This document shows positions 10,511 to 18,546 of a stretch of DNA of 64,000 bases, piece after piece. Where the stretch lies: NCBI GenBank assembly GCA_048499805.1, contig JASNZF010000002.1, positions 311,882-375,881 on the forward strand, given 5' to 3'. The DNA comes from Gemmatimonadales bacterium (GTDB taxonomy: Bacteria > Gemmatimonadota > Gemmatimonadetes > Gemmatimonadales > GWC2-71-9). The translations under genes and the position numbers were made by a program. Under the pieces are notes generated by a model, which searched no databases, was not told the DNA's origin, and saw only the letters and a list, made by a program, of their open reading frames with translations. Numbering within the stretch: position 1 is the first letter of the stretch; every line of letters starts with the position of its first letter.

Positions 10511-10531
10511 ACTTAACGGCACCCGTTAAGT
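10511..10531. promoter_or_regulatory. 21-bp palindrome in the divergent regulatory region
   Basis: acttaacgg-cac-ccgttaagt has perfect 9-bp arms. It lies between the minus-strand regulator genes and the plus-strand cargo genes. Confidence 0.5.
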
Positions 10532-10752
10532 AACTTAGCAGAGATGGTAAAGAGCGCAAGTCTCCCCCGTTCGTGACCCCCCATGGGCCGAGTTGCATGA
10601 GCTCACCCCGGCGGATTGCGTCTGGGAGAAGCCGGAGGTAGCGCGCTAAGCGCTCCAGATCACGGAGCTCCTCGGCTTGCGAAGGGCTCAATTCTGGCCG
10701 ATGTTCCACCCGACCTAGCTGTGACGCCCCCCCCCGGCCCATAGGACTGAGC

Positions 10753-11688
10753 ATGAATGCCTCCGCCAAGAATAGCTCTGAGGCTGCTGAGGTGCGCATT
10801 GAGGTGCGGTATCGCGGAAAGGCTGTCGATAGTGGGCGAATGTCTGCGGTTGACCTCGGCCCGGCAATCTTTGGGCTGGGGAAGGCGGTGGAGGAAACAG
10901 GTCGCATCCTCTATGGACCTGAGGCAATGGTCCGAGTGGAGGTTGAAGCTCATTTTCGGGCCGCTTCCTTCGGCCTGGATTGCTACGCGGTTAGTGAGTC
11001 TGCGGACTTGCTACTCGGGCTCTCGTGGGAGCAGATCGGTGTGATCGTCGCAGTTCTGGGATTCAACGTTCGGGAGGGAATCAAAGATGTCCTCGGCCTG
11101 CTCCGACGGCAGAACCGCCGTGCGATTGAGAATGTGGTTATCAATGGAGACGTCGTAACTTTCAACTTCCATGGTGATGCGCCAGACCAACTCACCCTAA
11201 AGGAGTACCGCACGCTGACCGACTCCGAGGTCCGTGGAGGCCTGCGCGCGATGCTGTCACCTCTGGAGCGGGAAGGGGTCGACAGTGTTGAGCTGAAAGC
11301 GGACGGTGCGGAACCAGTATTGGTTGGCAAGGAAGACATGCTTCTGTTTGAAGCACCAGCGGGACCCATAGTGGATCAGGCCGTCTCGGTTGACACGGGA
11401 AGGGCCGTCCTAGAAGTTGTTGGCCCGATCTTCAAAGCAGACAACATGTGGCTCTTTTCCCAGGGTGGCAGTGAATTCAAGGCAAACATCGCCGATCGGA
11501 ATTTTCTCCGCGAGGTTGGCTCCCATCGGCTACTATTTGGCGCCGGAGACGCCATCATCGCTGACGTCGAAACCACGACCAATCGGTCAAATGGACGGCT
11601 TTCGTATAGACGGAAGATCCTGAGGGTTCATAAGCACATCCAAGGCGACGGCAGTCACAACCAACTTGATATACTAGATGCTGATTAG
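10753..11688 (+). CDS. Hypothetical protein (311 aa), cargo gene A
   Basis: Long ORF with protein-like composition in the lower-GC island. I recognise no motif. One moderately hydrophobic segment (LLLGLSWEQIGVIVAVLGFNV). Confidence 0.65.
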   Translation: MNASAKNSSEAAEVRIEVRYRGKAVDSGRMSAVDLGPAIFGLGKAVEETGRILYGPEAMVRVEVEAHFRAASFGLDCYAVSESADLLLGLSWEQIGVIVAVLGFNVREGIKDVLGLLRRQNRRAIENVVINGDVVTFNFHGDAPDQLTLKEYRTLTDSEVRGGLRAMLSPLEREGVDSVELKADGAEPVLVGKEDMLLFEAPAGPIVDQAVSVDTGRAVLEVVGPIFKADNMWLFSQGGSEFKANIADRNFLREVGSHRLLFGAGDAIIADVETTTNRSNGRLSYRRKILRVHKHIQGDGSHNQLDILDAD

Positions 11689-11762
11689 GGAGTCTCCTGG
11701 TCTGGTTGCCTTGGCAGCGCTGCCACAATCGACCGTGCGCCAAATGTGAAAAGAGGGCGTGC

Positions 11763-12749
11763 ATGACGACGATTGACCTGCAGCGAATGCCGCGAACGGA
11801 GTGGCACCGCATATCGTACTTGCTTGGCCCAGCTATTCCCGATGTGCTGGGGCTCTCTGCAGAGTGGGTCCAGGAGAACTATCCGGCAAGAGATGCATTG
11901 GCGCTCTGTATTGAGTTTCTCAAGCAAGACTTGGTTGACGCGGTTCCAGCCGACCTTGATAGCCTTGGGCGACTCTGGTACTACCCTTGGGTCCAGGCCG
12001 AGTACGAGCTTGAGCTGTCGCTCGCGTACGCTCTCATGTCGTTACATCGAGCTGCATATGATCACCAGCGCAGAGGCCTGGAACTTGTTGCCGTTGGCTC
12101 GTACTTCATTTCGGAGCATGTTACGGAGGAGCAGGCGCATGCGTGGCGCGGCGCGAAGGAACCGACACCATACCTAACGAGGGCGATAGATCGGTTGTCG
12201 CGCACCGGGTTCCCAGCGGAGTTGGAAAGGAAGATCGGTTGGGTGGGGAGGCTAAAGGATCAATATTGGGCTCTCTCCGACATCGCGCATGTCCGTGGGA
12301 CTGAGAATGCCCTTGATGTGATTCAGCCGAGTACTGTCTATTTGGATGGCCTCCCCATGCCACTGCTCCACCCCAAGGCGCTAGCAAGAACGCTCGATTC
12401 ATACAGGGTCGTTGCCCAGAATGTTGCCCTGCTGCTCGTGGCGACGAACCCTGTTCTTGCCCTACCCCTTCCGATGGACGAGAAGTTTGGGCTACACGGG
12501 CCTGTCTCGGGGTTCTTTCAGGAGTACTCAGTTGATCGATTGAGCAAGGTCATCGGCGAGCCTCTTTGGTCAGCGGTAAGCGCAGCAGCCGAGGCGGACC
12601 CCACTGCGAGCTCTCTGCGAGAATCGATTGAGAGTCTTCCGGACTTGACCGAAGCTGAGTTCAAGCAACAAGTCGAGGAGGAGCGCCTTACATGGGATGC
12701 TTCCAGTCGGCCGCCAGCTGATGGGCAAGCGGAGGAGGGGGGCGGGTGA
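11763..12749 (+). CDS. Hypothetical alpha-helical protein (328 aa), cargo gene B; possible HEPN-like R-x4-H motif
   Basis: ATG 11763 is preferred; track ORF starts at TTG 11706. Helix-rich composition. SLHRAAYDHQRRG gives R96-x4-H101 counted from ATG 11763. Acidic C-terminal tail. Confidence 0.65.
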   Translation: MTTIDLQRMPRTEWHRISYLLGPAIPDVLGLSAEWVQENYPARDALALCIEFLKQDLVDAVPADLDSLGRLWYYPWVQAEYELELSLAYALMSLHRAAYDHQRRGLELVAVGSYFISEHVTEEQAHAWRGAKEPTPYLTRAIDRLSRTGFPAELERKIGWVGRLKDQYWALSDIAHVRGTENALDVIQPSTVYLDGLPMPLLHPKALARTLDSYRVVAQNVALLLVATNPVLALPLPMDEKFGLHGPVSGFFQEYSVDRLSKVIGEPLWSAVSAAAEADPTASSLRESIESLPDLTEAEFKQQVEEERLTWDASSRPPADGQAEEGGG

Positions 12750-13064
12750 AGGTGGTGTGCCCGACTGAAGCGGCCGCCCTGAAGTGCAAGAGTCTCAGTT
12801 GATGATGCCCCTCATGAAGAACGTCGGCACTTGCGAGAGGAAGTAGAGAATTGATGTGGCTGGCAAGCCCCTGGGGGCCCCACAGGGAGAGCAGCCCCAA
12901 TGGCAGGGACCAAGGGACCAACGCGTGGTAGGCCGTTCGGCTTATGGCCAGGATTGCTCAATCACGAAAAGCACTAACTGTCTCAGGGCAAGACCCCGCG
13001 GCGCTGGCTGAGGGGCATCCGTACCAACTTCCACCTCCTTTGAGCTTCAGAGCGGGAATCATCT

Positions 13065-15941
13065 ATGTCTCAGAAGGTCGATAGGCTGAAGGCGTTTGTT
13101 GAATATGTTGGCCTTCTCAGCGGAGACGAAAAGGGGGAGGCGCAAGTTTTCTGCGACCGATTGTTTCAGGGTTTTGGCCATGCAGGGTACAAGGAAGCTG
13201 GGGCCACCCTAGAGTTTCGCGTCCGGAGGGCAACGGGAACCGGATTCGCGGATCTGGTCTGGCCAGGGCGGCTGCTGCTTGAGATGAAGAAACGGGGAGA
13301 AAAGCTTGAACTGCATTACCAGCAGGCGTTTGACTATTGGGTTAGGGCCGTTCCCAATCGCCCCCGCTTCGTGGTTCTTTGCAACTTCGATACCTGCTGG
13401 ATCTATGACTTTGATAGGCAGATCGATGAGCCCGTAGACATCGTCCATGTTGTCGACTTCCCGACTCGCTACCTTGCTTTGAACTTCCTTTTCCCGGAGG
13501 CCCCGGAGCCCGTATTCGGGAATGATCGTGTAGGAGTAACTCGAGAGACGGCAGGCAAGGTTGCTGAAGTGTTCGGCTCCTTGGTCAAGCGTGGAGGCGA
13601 CAGGGTCAAAGCTCAACGGTTCATCCTTCAGTCTGTTGTCGCGATGTTTGCTGAAGACATGGATCTATTGCCGAAGGGCACAATCTATAGAATCGTTGAG
13701 GACTGCAAGAGCGGGGCAAGTAGCTACGATCTGTTTGGCGGGCTCTTTCGACAGATGAACAGTAGGGCGCCCGCACCTGAGGGCAGATACAAGGGCATTC
13801 CCTATTTCAATGGCGGGCTCTTCGAGGTAGTTGAACCAGCGCAGCTGTCGCAGCGTGAGCTGGGGTATCTTGGCGAAGCAGCCGCGGAAGATTGGGCAAA
13901 GGTCAACCCGGCGATTTTCGGAACGCTCTTCCAGCGGAGCATGGACGCCGATGCGCGCCATGCCCAAGGAGCTCACTATACATCTGAGGCGGATGTCCTG
14001 CGCGTCGTTCAGCCCACCATCGTGCGGCCGTGGCAAGAACGTATTGCTGCGGCAAACACGATGAAGGAATTAATGGCAATCAGAACCCAGATGCTCACTT
14101 ATCGGGTTCTCGATCCCGCCTGCGGTAGTGGCAATTTCCTGTACGTGGCATATAGGGAGTTAGCCAAGTTGGAGCTCCAGGCGTTGCTAAAGATGCGGAG
14201 TCTGGTGTCGCCGAAGGAGTTCACAAGGCAGGTCAAGACTCTTTCACTCGTCAGTCCGCGCCAATTCCACGGTGTCGACGTCGACGGGTTCGGCCTTGAA
14301 CTGGCAAAGGTTACGCTGATGCTCGCCAAGAAGCTCGCCTTGGACGAGGCCGTGCAGGTCCTTGAGCGGGAGCAAGTGGACCTAGATCTTCATGAAGATC
14401 ATGCTCTGCCTCTGGATAACCTTGATGCAAACTTTATTCAAGGCGACGCTCTGTTTCTTTCCTGGCCTGTGGCTGACGCGATCATCGGGAATCCGCCGTT
14501 TCAAAGCAAGAACAAGATGCAAGCGGAGTTCGGAAAGGCATATGTCAACAGGGTCCGGAAGCTCTACCCCGAGATTCCAGGACGCGCTGACTACTGCGTC
14601 TACTGGCTACGACGTGCGCATGATGAGCTAGGGCCTGGTATGAGGGCAGGACTGGTCGGTACCAATACTATCCGCCAAAACTACAGTCGCGAAGGTGGGC
14701 TCGACTACATCGTATCAACAGGGGGTACGATCACAGAAGCTGTTGCGACTCAAGTGTGGTCGGGCGAGGCCGTCGTCCATGTGTCAATTGTAAATTGGGT
14801 TAAGGGGGTACAACCGGGCAAGAAGCGCCTGTTCCGGCAGATTGGGGATCGACGAGACTCTCCTTGGGAGATGGCTGAGGTCGATGAGATCAATGCCTCT
14901 CTTTCCTTCGGTGTCGACACTACCGGCGTGGGGACTGTCGCTGTCAGCGCAAAGGCTGGGGGGTGCTACCAAGGACAAACGCACGGTCACAAAGGGTTTC
15001 TTTTGTCGAGGGCGGAAGCCGACGTTGAGCGCGCTGCAAATGCGAATGCGTCGGAGGTCCTATTCCCATACATGACTGCGGACGACCTGCTCGGTGAGCC
15101 AGACTCCAGGCCGACGAGATGCGTTATTGACTTTGGAAACAGCGATTTGCTGGAGTGTGGGAAATTCCCAAGGCTCCTGAGGCGCATCGAGGAGAGTGTC
15201 CTCCCGACGCGCCAGGAGGCGGCACAGAGGGAAAGTGCTCGCAATGAGGAGGCACTAGCTGATGATGCAGAGGGTAGGACCAACAAGGATCATGAAGCGG
15301 CGCTGGGAAGGTGGTGGCAGTTGTTTAGGCGTCGGGCGGAGATGCTCGCCGCGATCAGGGCTATTGACCGTTACATCGTTTGCGGGAGGGTCACGCGACG
15401 CCCTATCTTCGAGTTTGTCTGCGCTTCGGTAAATCCGAATGATGCCTTAATGGTCTTCCCCTATAGGGATGACTATTCGTTCGGCATTTTGCAGTCGGGT
15501 GTCCACTGGGCGTGGTTTACGGATAGGTGTTCGACGATGAAAGCGGATTGGCGCTACACGTCCAATTCCGTGTTTGATACGTTTCCTTGGCCGCAAATGC
15601 CGTCGCCGAAGGCGGTGGCGGACGTGATTGCTGCCGCAGTTGAGGTGCGCACCAAGCGTCGTATGCTAATGAAGAAGCATAAACTCTCGCTGCGAGAGCT
15701 CTATCGGGCGATGGACAAGCCTGGCAAACATGACCTGGGCGCTGCGCATGCAGCCCTGGATGCAGCCGTGTATCGGGCGTACGGGTGGGGGAAGAAAGTG
15801 AATATTCTCGGCGCCCTTGTAGAGTTGAACCAAGTGCTGATTGCCAGAGAGCAGAAGGGGCAGGCTGTGCGTGGTCCAGGGTGGCCGCTCGCGGCGAATG
15901 CGCTGAAGGGATCTGTCACGAAGGATTGCATAGGCGGCTAG
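13065..15941 (+). CDS. MmeI-family type IIL (IIG) single-chain restriction endonuclease / N6-adenine DNA methyltransferase
   Basis: N-terminal PD-(D/E)xK motif with MmeI spacing (GFADLVWPGRLLLEMKKRG, i.e. D63-x9-E73-x-K75). SAM motif I VLDPACGSGNFL and motif IV IIGNPPFQ. Size of 958 aa matches this family. Confidence 0.85.
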   Translation: MSQKVDRLKAFVEYVGLLSGDEKGEAQVFCDRLFQGFGHAGYKEAGATLEFRVRRATGTGFADLVWPGRLLLEMKKRGEKLELHYQQAFDYWVRAVPNRPRFVVLCNFDTCWIYDFDRQIDEPVDIVHVVDFPTRYLALNFLFPEAPEPVFGNDRVGVTRETAGKVAEVFGSLVKRGGDRVKAQRFILQSVVAMFAEDMDLLPKGTIYRIVEDCKSGASSYDLFGGLFRQMNSRAPAPEGRYKGIPYFNGGLFEVVEPAQLSQRELGYLGEAAAEDWAKVNPAIFGTLFQRSMDADARHAQGAHYTSEADVLRVVQPTIVRPWQERIAAANTMKELMAIRTQMLTYRVLDPACGSGNFLYVAYRELAKLELQALLKMRSLVSPKEFTRQVKTLSLVSPRQFHGVDVDGFGLELAKVTLMLAKKLALDEAVQVLEREQVDLDLHEDHALPLDNLDANFIQGDALFLSWPVADAIIGNPPFQSKNKMQAEFGKAYVNRVRKLYPEIPGRADYCVYWLRRAHDELGPGMRAGLVGTNTIRQNYSREGGLDYIVSTGGTITEAVATQVWSGEAVVHVSIVNWVKGVQPGKKRLFRQIGDRRDSPWEMAEVDEINASLSFGVDTTGVGTVAVSAKAGGCYQGQTHGHKGFLLSRAEADVERAANANASEVLFPYMTADDLLGEPDSRPTRCVIDFGNSDLLECGKFPRLLRRIEESVLPTRQEAAQRESARNEEALADDAEGRTNKDHEAALGRWWQLFRRRAEMLAAIRAIDRYIVCGRVTRRPIFEFVCASVNPNDALMVFPYRDDYSFGILQSGVHWAWFTDRCSTMKADWRYTSNSVFDTFPWPQMPSPKAVADVIAAAVEVRTKRRMLMKKHKLSLRELYRAMDKPGKHDLGAAHAALDAAVYRAYGWGKKVNILGALVELNQVLIAREQKGQAVRGPGWPLAANALKGSVTKDCIGG

Positions 15942-16110
15942 GCGATAAGATGCCACCTACAAAGGCAGGATTTGGTATGGGTACTGAGGCAGGGCGAGTT
16001 GTGTCAGCCATTCTCGTTGTTCAACGCGCACGTGAGGCACTTGTGTCTTGTGCACGCGGCAATAGAGCGCGGTACTCGCGCATCGGGCGAGTCGTGGCAG
16101 CGGAGTTACG

Positions 16111-17235
16111 GTGAGTGGGCCGGTCGTGCTGTTGGACAAGTCAGTCTTTCAAGCATTGTCGTACCGTGAACACGTCGCGTTGAATCGACATTTCTTCGTT
16201 GGTGTACCTCCCATTCTAGTATTTGAGGTCCTCGGTGATCTCGCGAAGGTCCCGCGAGGAGGAAAGTCGCCACCAGAGAAGGTGGCAGAGTTGTCCAAGA
16301 AGTTTTTTGGAAGCGGAGGCCCGATCATTATGAACTGGCGGGTTCTTTGCATTCAAGCGCTACTTGGAGCCAACGTGCCAATGACTGGTCAAATTGTACC
16401 TGACAATTGGACGACTACACCGGATGGGCAGGGTGTGATGATTGACCTGTCCCCAATGAACGAAGCTATTCGACGATGGCAGAGGGCCGCGTTCGCCACG
16501 TGGGAAGGCGAGTATTCCACGCGTTGGCGAACGGAGACAGCTTCTCTGAGCTTCGGCTCCTTGGAGGGTGTACTACGGCAGAACGCGTTCATCATTCCGC
16601 CTCCTCCGTCGCCAGATGCTCTGATGGTTGTTGTAGATGAGGTTCTTGCCACGCCAGCTGCTCAAGAGTTGTTACTAACATGGATTGTCGGGCAAGTGCG
16701 TCCCAGTGCCGTCGAGAAGGAACACATCGCCTCACGCTGGAACCAAGGGAGTGACCGGAGGCTGGTCACTTTTGCCCCCTACGCGCACCACTGTATGCGA
16801 GCATTGGTGGCGCTCATCGCGGCTGTACGGCACAAGATGCTGCGCTGGGAGAGTACGCTCTATCTTGACCTCCAGTACCTGTTTTATCTTCCGTTCTGCA
16901 ACGTCTTGTTTTCCGAGGATCGGTCACATCGAACTCTCGCTCCAGGGCTATTGAGAGCAGACCAGGCGTTTGCCCGACTTGAACCACTTAAAGCTGACCT
17001 AAGGCGACTGAGCGACATTGCGGAGAAGTTGACCCCAGACGAGGCACGACGGAGGAGCTTTTCCCATAACTCCTACCCAGTACCAGCTGCTAACTCAATT
17101 GTTTGGGGCCTATGGCGGCGCTATTGCTCCCCGTGGAGTCCGAGAATGGTGAACGTTGCCTCGCAACTGCCTCCGGAGGAGAAGGCGCTCGCGATAGCAG
17201 AAGCTAGCGCTCTTTTTGCGCCCTTCCAGTCGTGA
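16111..17235 (+). CDS. Hypothetical protein (374 aa), cargo gene D; N-terminal PIN-like pattern
   Basis: GTG start is preceded by ggag. VVLLDKSVFQAL ... ILVFEVLGDL ... NVLFSEDRSH resembles the acidic-residue pattern of PIN-like nucleases with a large insertion; this domain call is inference. The 3' end overlaps rep by 126 nt. Confidence 0.6.
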   Translation: MSGPVVLLDKSVFQALSYREHVALNRHFFVGVPPILVFEVLGDLAKVPRGGKSPPEKVAELSKKFFGSGGPIIMNWRVLCIQALLGANVPMTGQIVPDNWTTTPDGQGVMIDLSPMNEAIRRWQRAAFATWEGEYSTRWRTETASLSFGSLEGVLRQNAFIIPPPPSPDALMVVVDEVLATPAAQELLLTWIVGQVRPSAVEKEHIASRWNQGSDRRLVTFAPYAHHCMRALVALIAAVRHKMLRWESTLYLDLQYLFYLPFCNVLFSEDRSHRTLAPGLLRADQAFARLEPLKADLRRLSDIAEKLTPDEARRRSFSHNSYPVPAANSIVWGLWRRYCSPWSPRMVNVASQLPPEEKALAIAEASALFAPFQS

Positions 17236-18420
17236 TGCACCTTTGCCAGGAGCAGTCAAAGCGGCAATCGCTTTCGCAATTGCATCAGAGGGGACATAGC
17301 CAGTCAGGGCCACCCCCGTGCGGCCATCAATCCAATCGTGAAATGGCTGATGCCATTCCCATCGCACGGCCTCGCCGTAGCGGACAGGTGAAACCGTATT
17401 GCCATCGGTGCCGATTGTAGCGTCCTCGTCGTCCTTGGCGTCACAGTGAATCCGAAAGCCCATAGGCTGGAAAACCCGCCTGCCTTTCATCGCGCGAAAG
17501 ATCACGTCCAGGTTCGCCGGTGCGATTGGCTCAGGGCAAGAGCCTGGGAGGCGTGTTAGTAGCTTAGTGAAATACTTGAATAGCTCAAACAGGCTGCCTG
17601 GATCAGTCGCGCGGATGTCCTGCGCCTCTCGCATGGCATGTGGCCAAGCACGTAGCCAGCGTCTGACCAGTGCCTCAGCCTGAGCTTTGTCCGCCACGAC
17701 AATATGAAAATGTGGGTGATAGTCATCGCGTCGTCGATTGTAGGTGCACTCTAGCTTGCGCAAAGCGCGAAACGGTAGCCCATCCGTGCGCCTTATTGCT
17801 CTGCCTGTAGAGGTTATCACCTTTAGCATGCGCTGAATCGTTGAGGGCAACATCGTCCTACAGACATTCGGGATTGTCAGGGTGACGAAATGGGCGTGGT
17901 GCCATCTGCTGAGTTCTGGCATGTACCGATTTATTGACCGCGCAGTCCGCACTCGATTGCAGACCATGCACCATCTTGCTCCACAATATTTGCCCCTCAG
18001 GGTGCCTGACTCATCTTGATCGAGCCGCCCAGCGCAGTACACGGTATTGCGATAGCTCAGCTCCAGCGGTGACCTCAGTTCGGCCAAGCGCACCGCCAGA
18101 GGTAGGCTGAAATACTTGGCCCGCGCTCGCTTGACCAACGTTCCCTTGGCGTCACCATCTGGCTTTTGGCAGGGTTGTGCTAACGTATCAAGGGGCGGGG
18201 GCTGCGCCCCCGCCGCTACGCTCGCCCGTTCCGGGCTCGCTTCCACGCGCCCTGCGGGCGCGTGGGGAGCCTTCGGCTCCTTGGCTTCCCACGATGTCGC
18301 TTGGCCGGCATTGGAGGGCCCTAGCGGGCCTCTTGCGCCCTGGGCGGCCCTCCGGGTGGGCTGGGAGCCCCACAGACTCCCCCTTCCCGATCCGGCCTCG
18401 GTAGGGGCGCTCGGCGGCAC
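17110..18420 (-). CDS. rep: Rolling-circle replication initiator, pC194/pUB110 (Rep_1)-type HUH protein; true start probably TTG at 18138
   Basis: Zinc-finger-like CGARWCMVCNRVR, HUH motif YHPHFHIVVAD, and catalytic FELFKYFTK (Glu-x3-Tyr as in pC194 RepA). The N-terminal 94 codons of the track ORF are Pro/Gly/Ala-rich and span hairpins. TTG 18138 is in frame with aaggga upstream. Confidence 0.85.
   Translation of the reverse strand: MPPSAPTEAGSGRGSLWGSQPTRRAAQGARGPLGPSNAGQATSWEAKEPKAPHAPAGRVEASPERASVAAGAQPPPLDTLAQPCQKPDGDAKGTLVKRARAKYFSLPLAVRLAELRSPLELSYRNTVYCAGRLDQDESGTLRGKYCGARWCMVCNRVRTARSINRYMPELSRWHHAHFVTLTIPNVCRTMLPSTIQRMLKVITSTGRAIRRTDGLPFRALRKLECTYNRRRDDYHPHFHIVVADKAQAEALVRRWLRAWPHAMREAQDIRATDPGSLFELFKYFTKLLTRLPGSCPEPIAPANLDVIFRAMKGRRVFQPMGFRIHCDAKDDEDATIGTDGNTVSPVRYGEAVRWEWHQPFHDWIDGRTGVALTGYVPSDAIAKAIAALTAPGKGASRLEGRKKSASFCYRERLLLRRQLRGNVHHSRTPRGAIAPP
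18185..18280 (-). promoter_or_regulatory. Candidate double-strand origin: CTTGATA nick-site heptamer plus three consecutive GC hairpins
   Basis: On the rep strand, cttgatac corresponds to + strand coordinates 18185-18192. Hairpins: ggcgggggc-tgc-gcccccgcc (18194-18214), cacgcgccc-tgc-gggcgcgtg (18244-18264), ggagcc-ttc-ggctcc (18266-18280). All lie just upstream of the TTG 18138 start. Confidence 0.5.
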
Positions 18421-18546
18421 GGCACCAGGATCCCGATGACATGTACCACCAGGTGTACCAGAAGTGGTGTAGCGTGGTGTAGAACCAGGATGTCTGGTGC
18501 TAGGCTTTGTGCGGGGTGGGACGGTGCCGACTGGCCTTGTCCGGCC

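Noticed and set aside
10419-10907. 162-aa minus-strand ORF spanning the divergent regulatory region; its stop forms an ATGA with an internal Met (10422) of the 99-aa HTH gene
   Set aside because: Its 5' part overlaps the start of cargo gene A, and its 3' part overlaps the better-supported N-terminus of the HTH gene, which has its own SD at 10491. It also contains the 21-bp palindrome. A shorter real gene (about 10560-10750, ..SPSQAEELRDLERLARYLRLL..) cannot be excluded, so this is left unannotated.
11955-11961. A second CTTGATA heptamer on the + strand
   Set aside because: It lies inside the coding sequence of cargo gene B with no flanking hairpins. A 7-mer is expected by chance several times in 64 kb. 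The copy at 18185-18192 is favoured only because of its context.
12750-13064. 315-bp gap upstream of the R-M gene, as a possible ncRNA or small gene (track ORF 12688..12921, minus strand)
   Set aside because: I could see no convincing hairpin, repeat, RBS-linked ORF or known RNA motif by eye. It most likely holds the promoter and leader of the R-M gene. An Rfam scan would be needed.
18139-18420. N-terminal 94-codon extension of rep (GTG 18420)
   Set aside because: The extension is Pro/Gly/Ala-rich, much higher in G+C than the rest of rep, and is occupied by three perfect hairpins and the CTTGATA motif. An in-frame TTG at 18138 with an SD-like aaggga gives a Rep of normal length.
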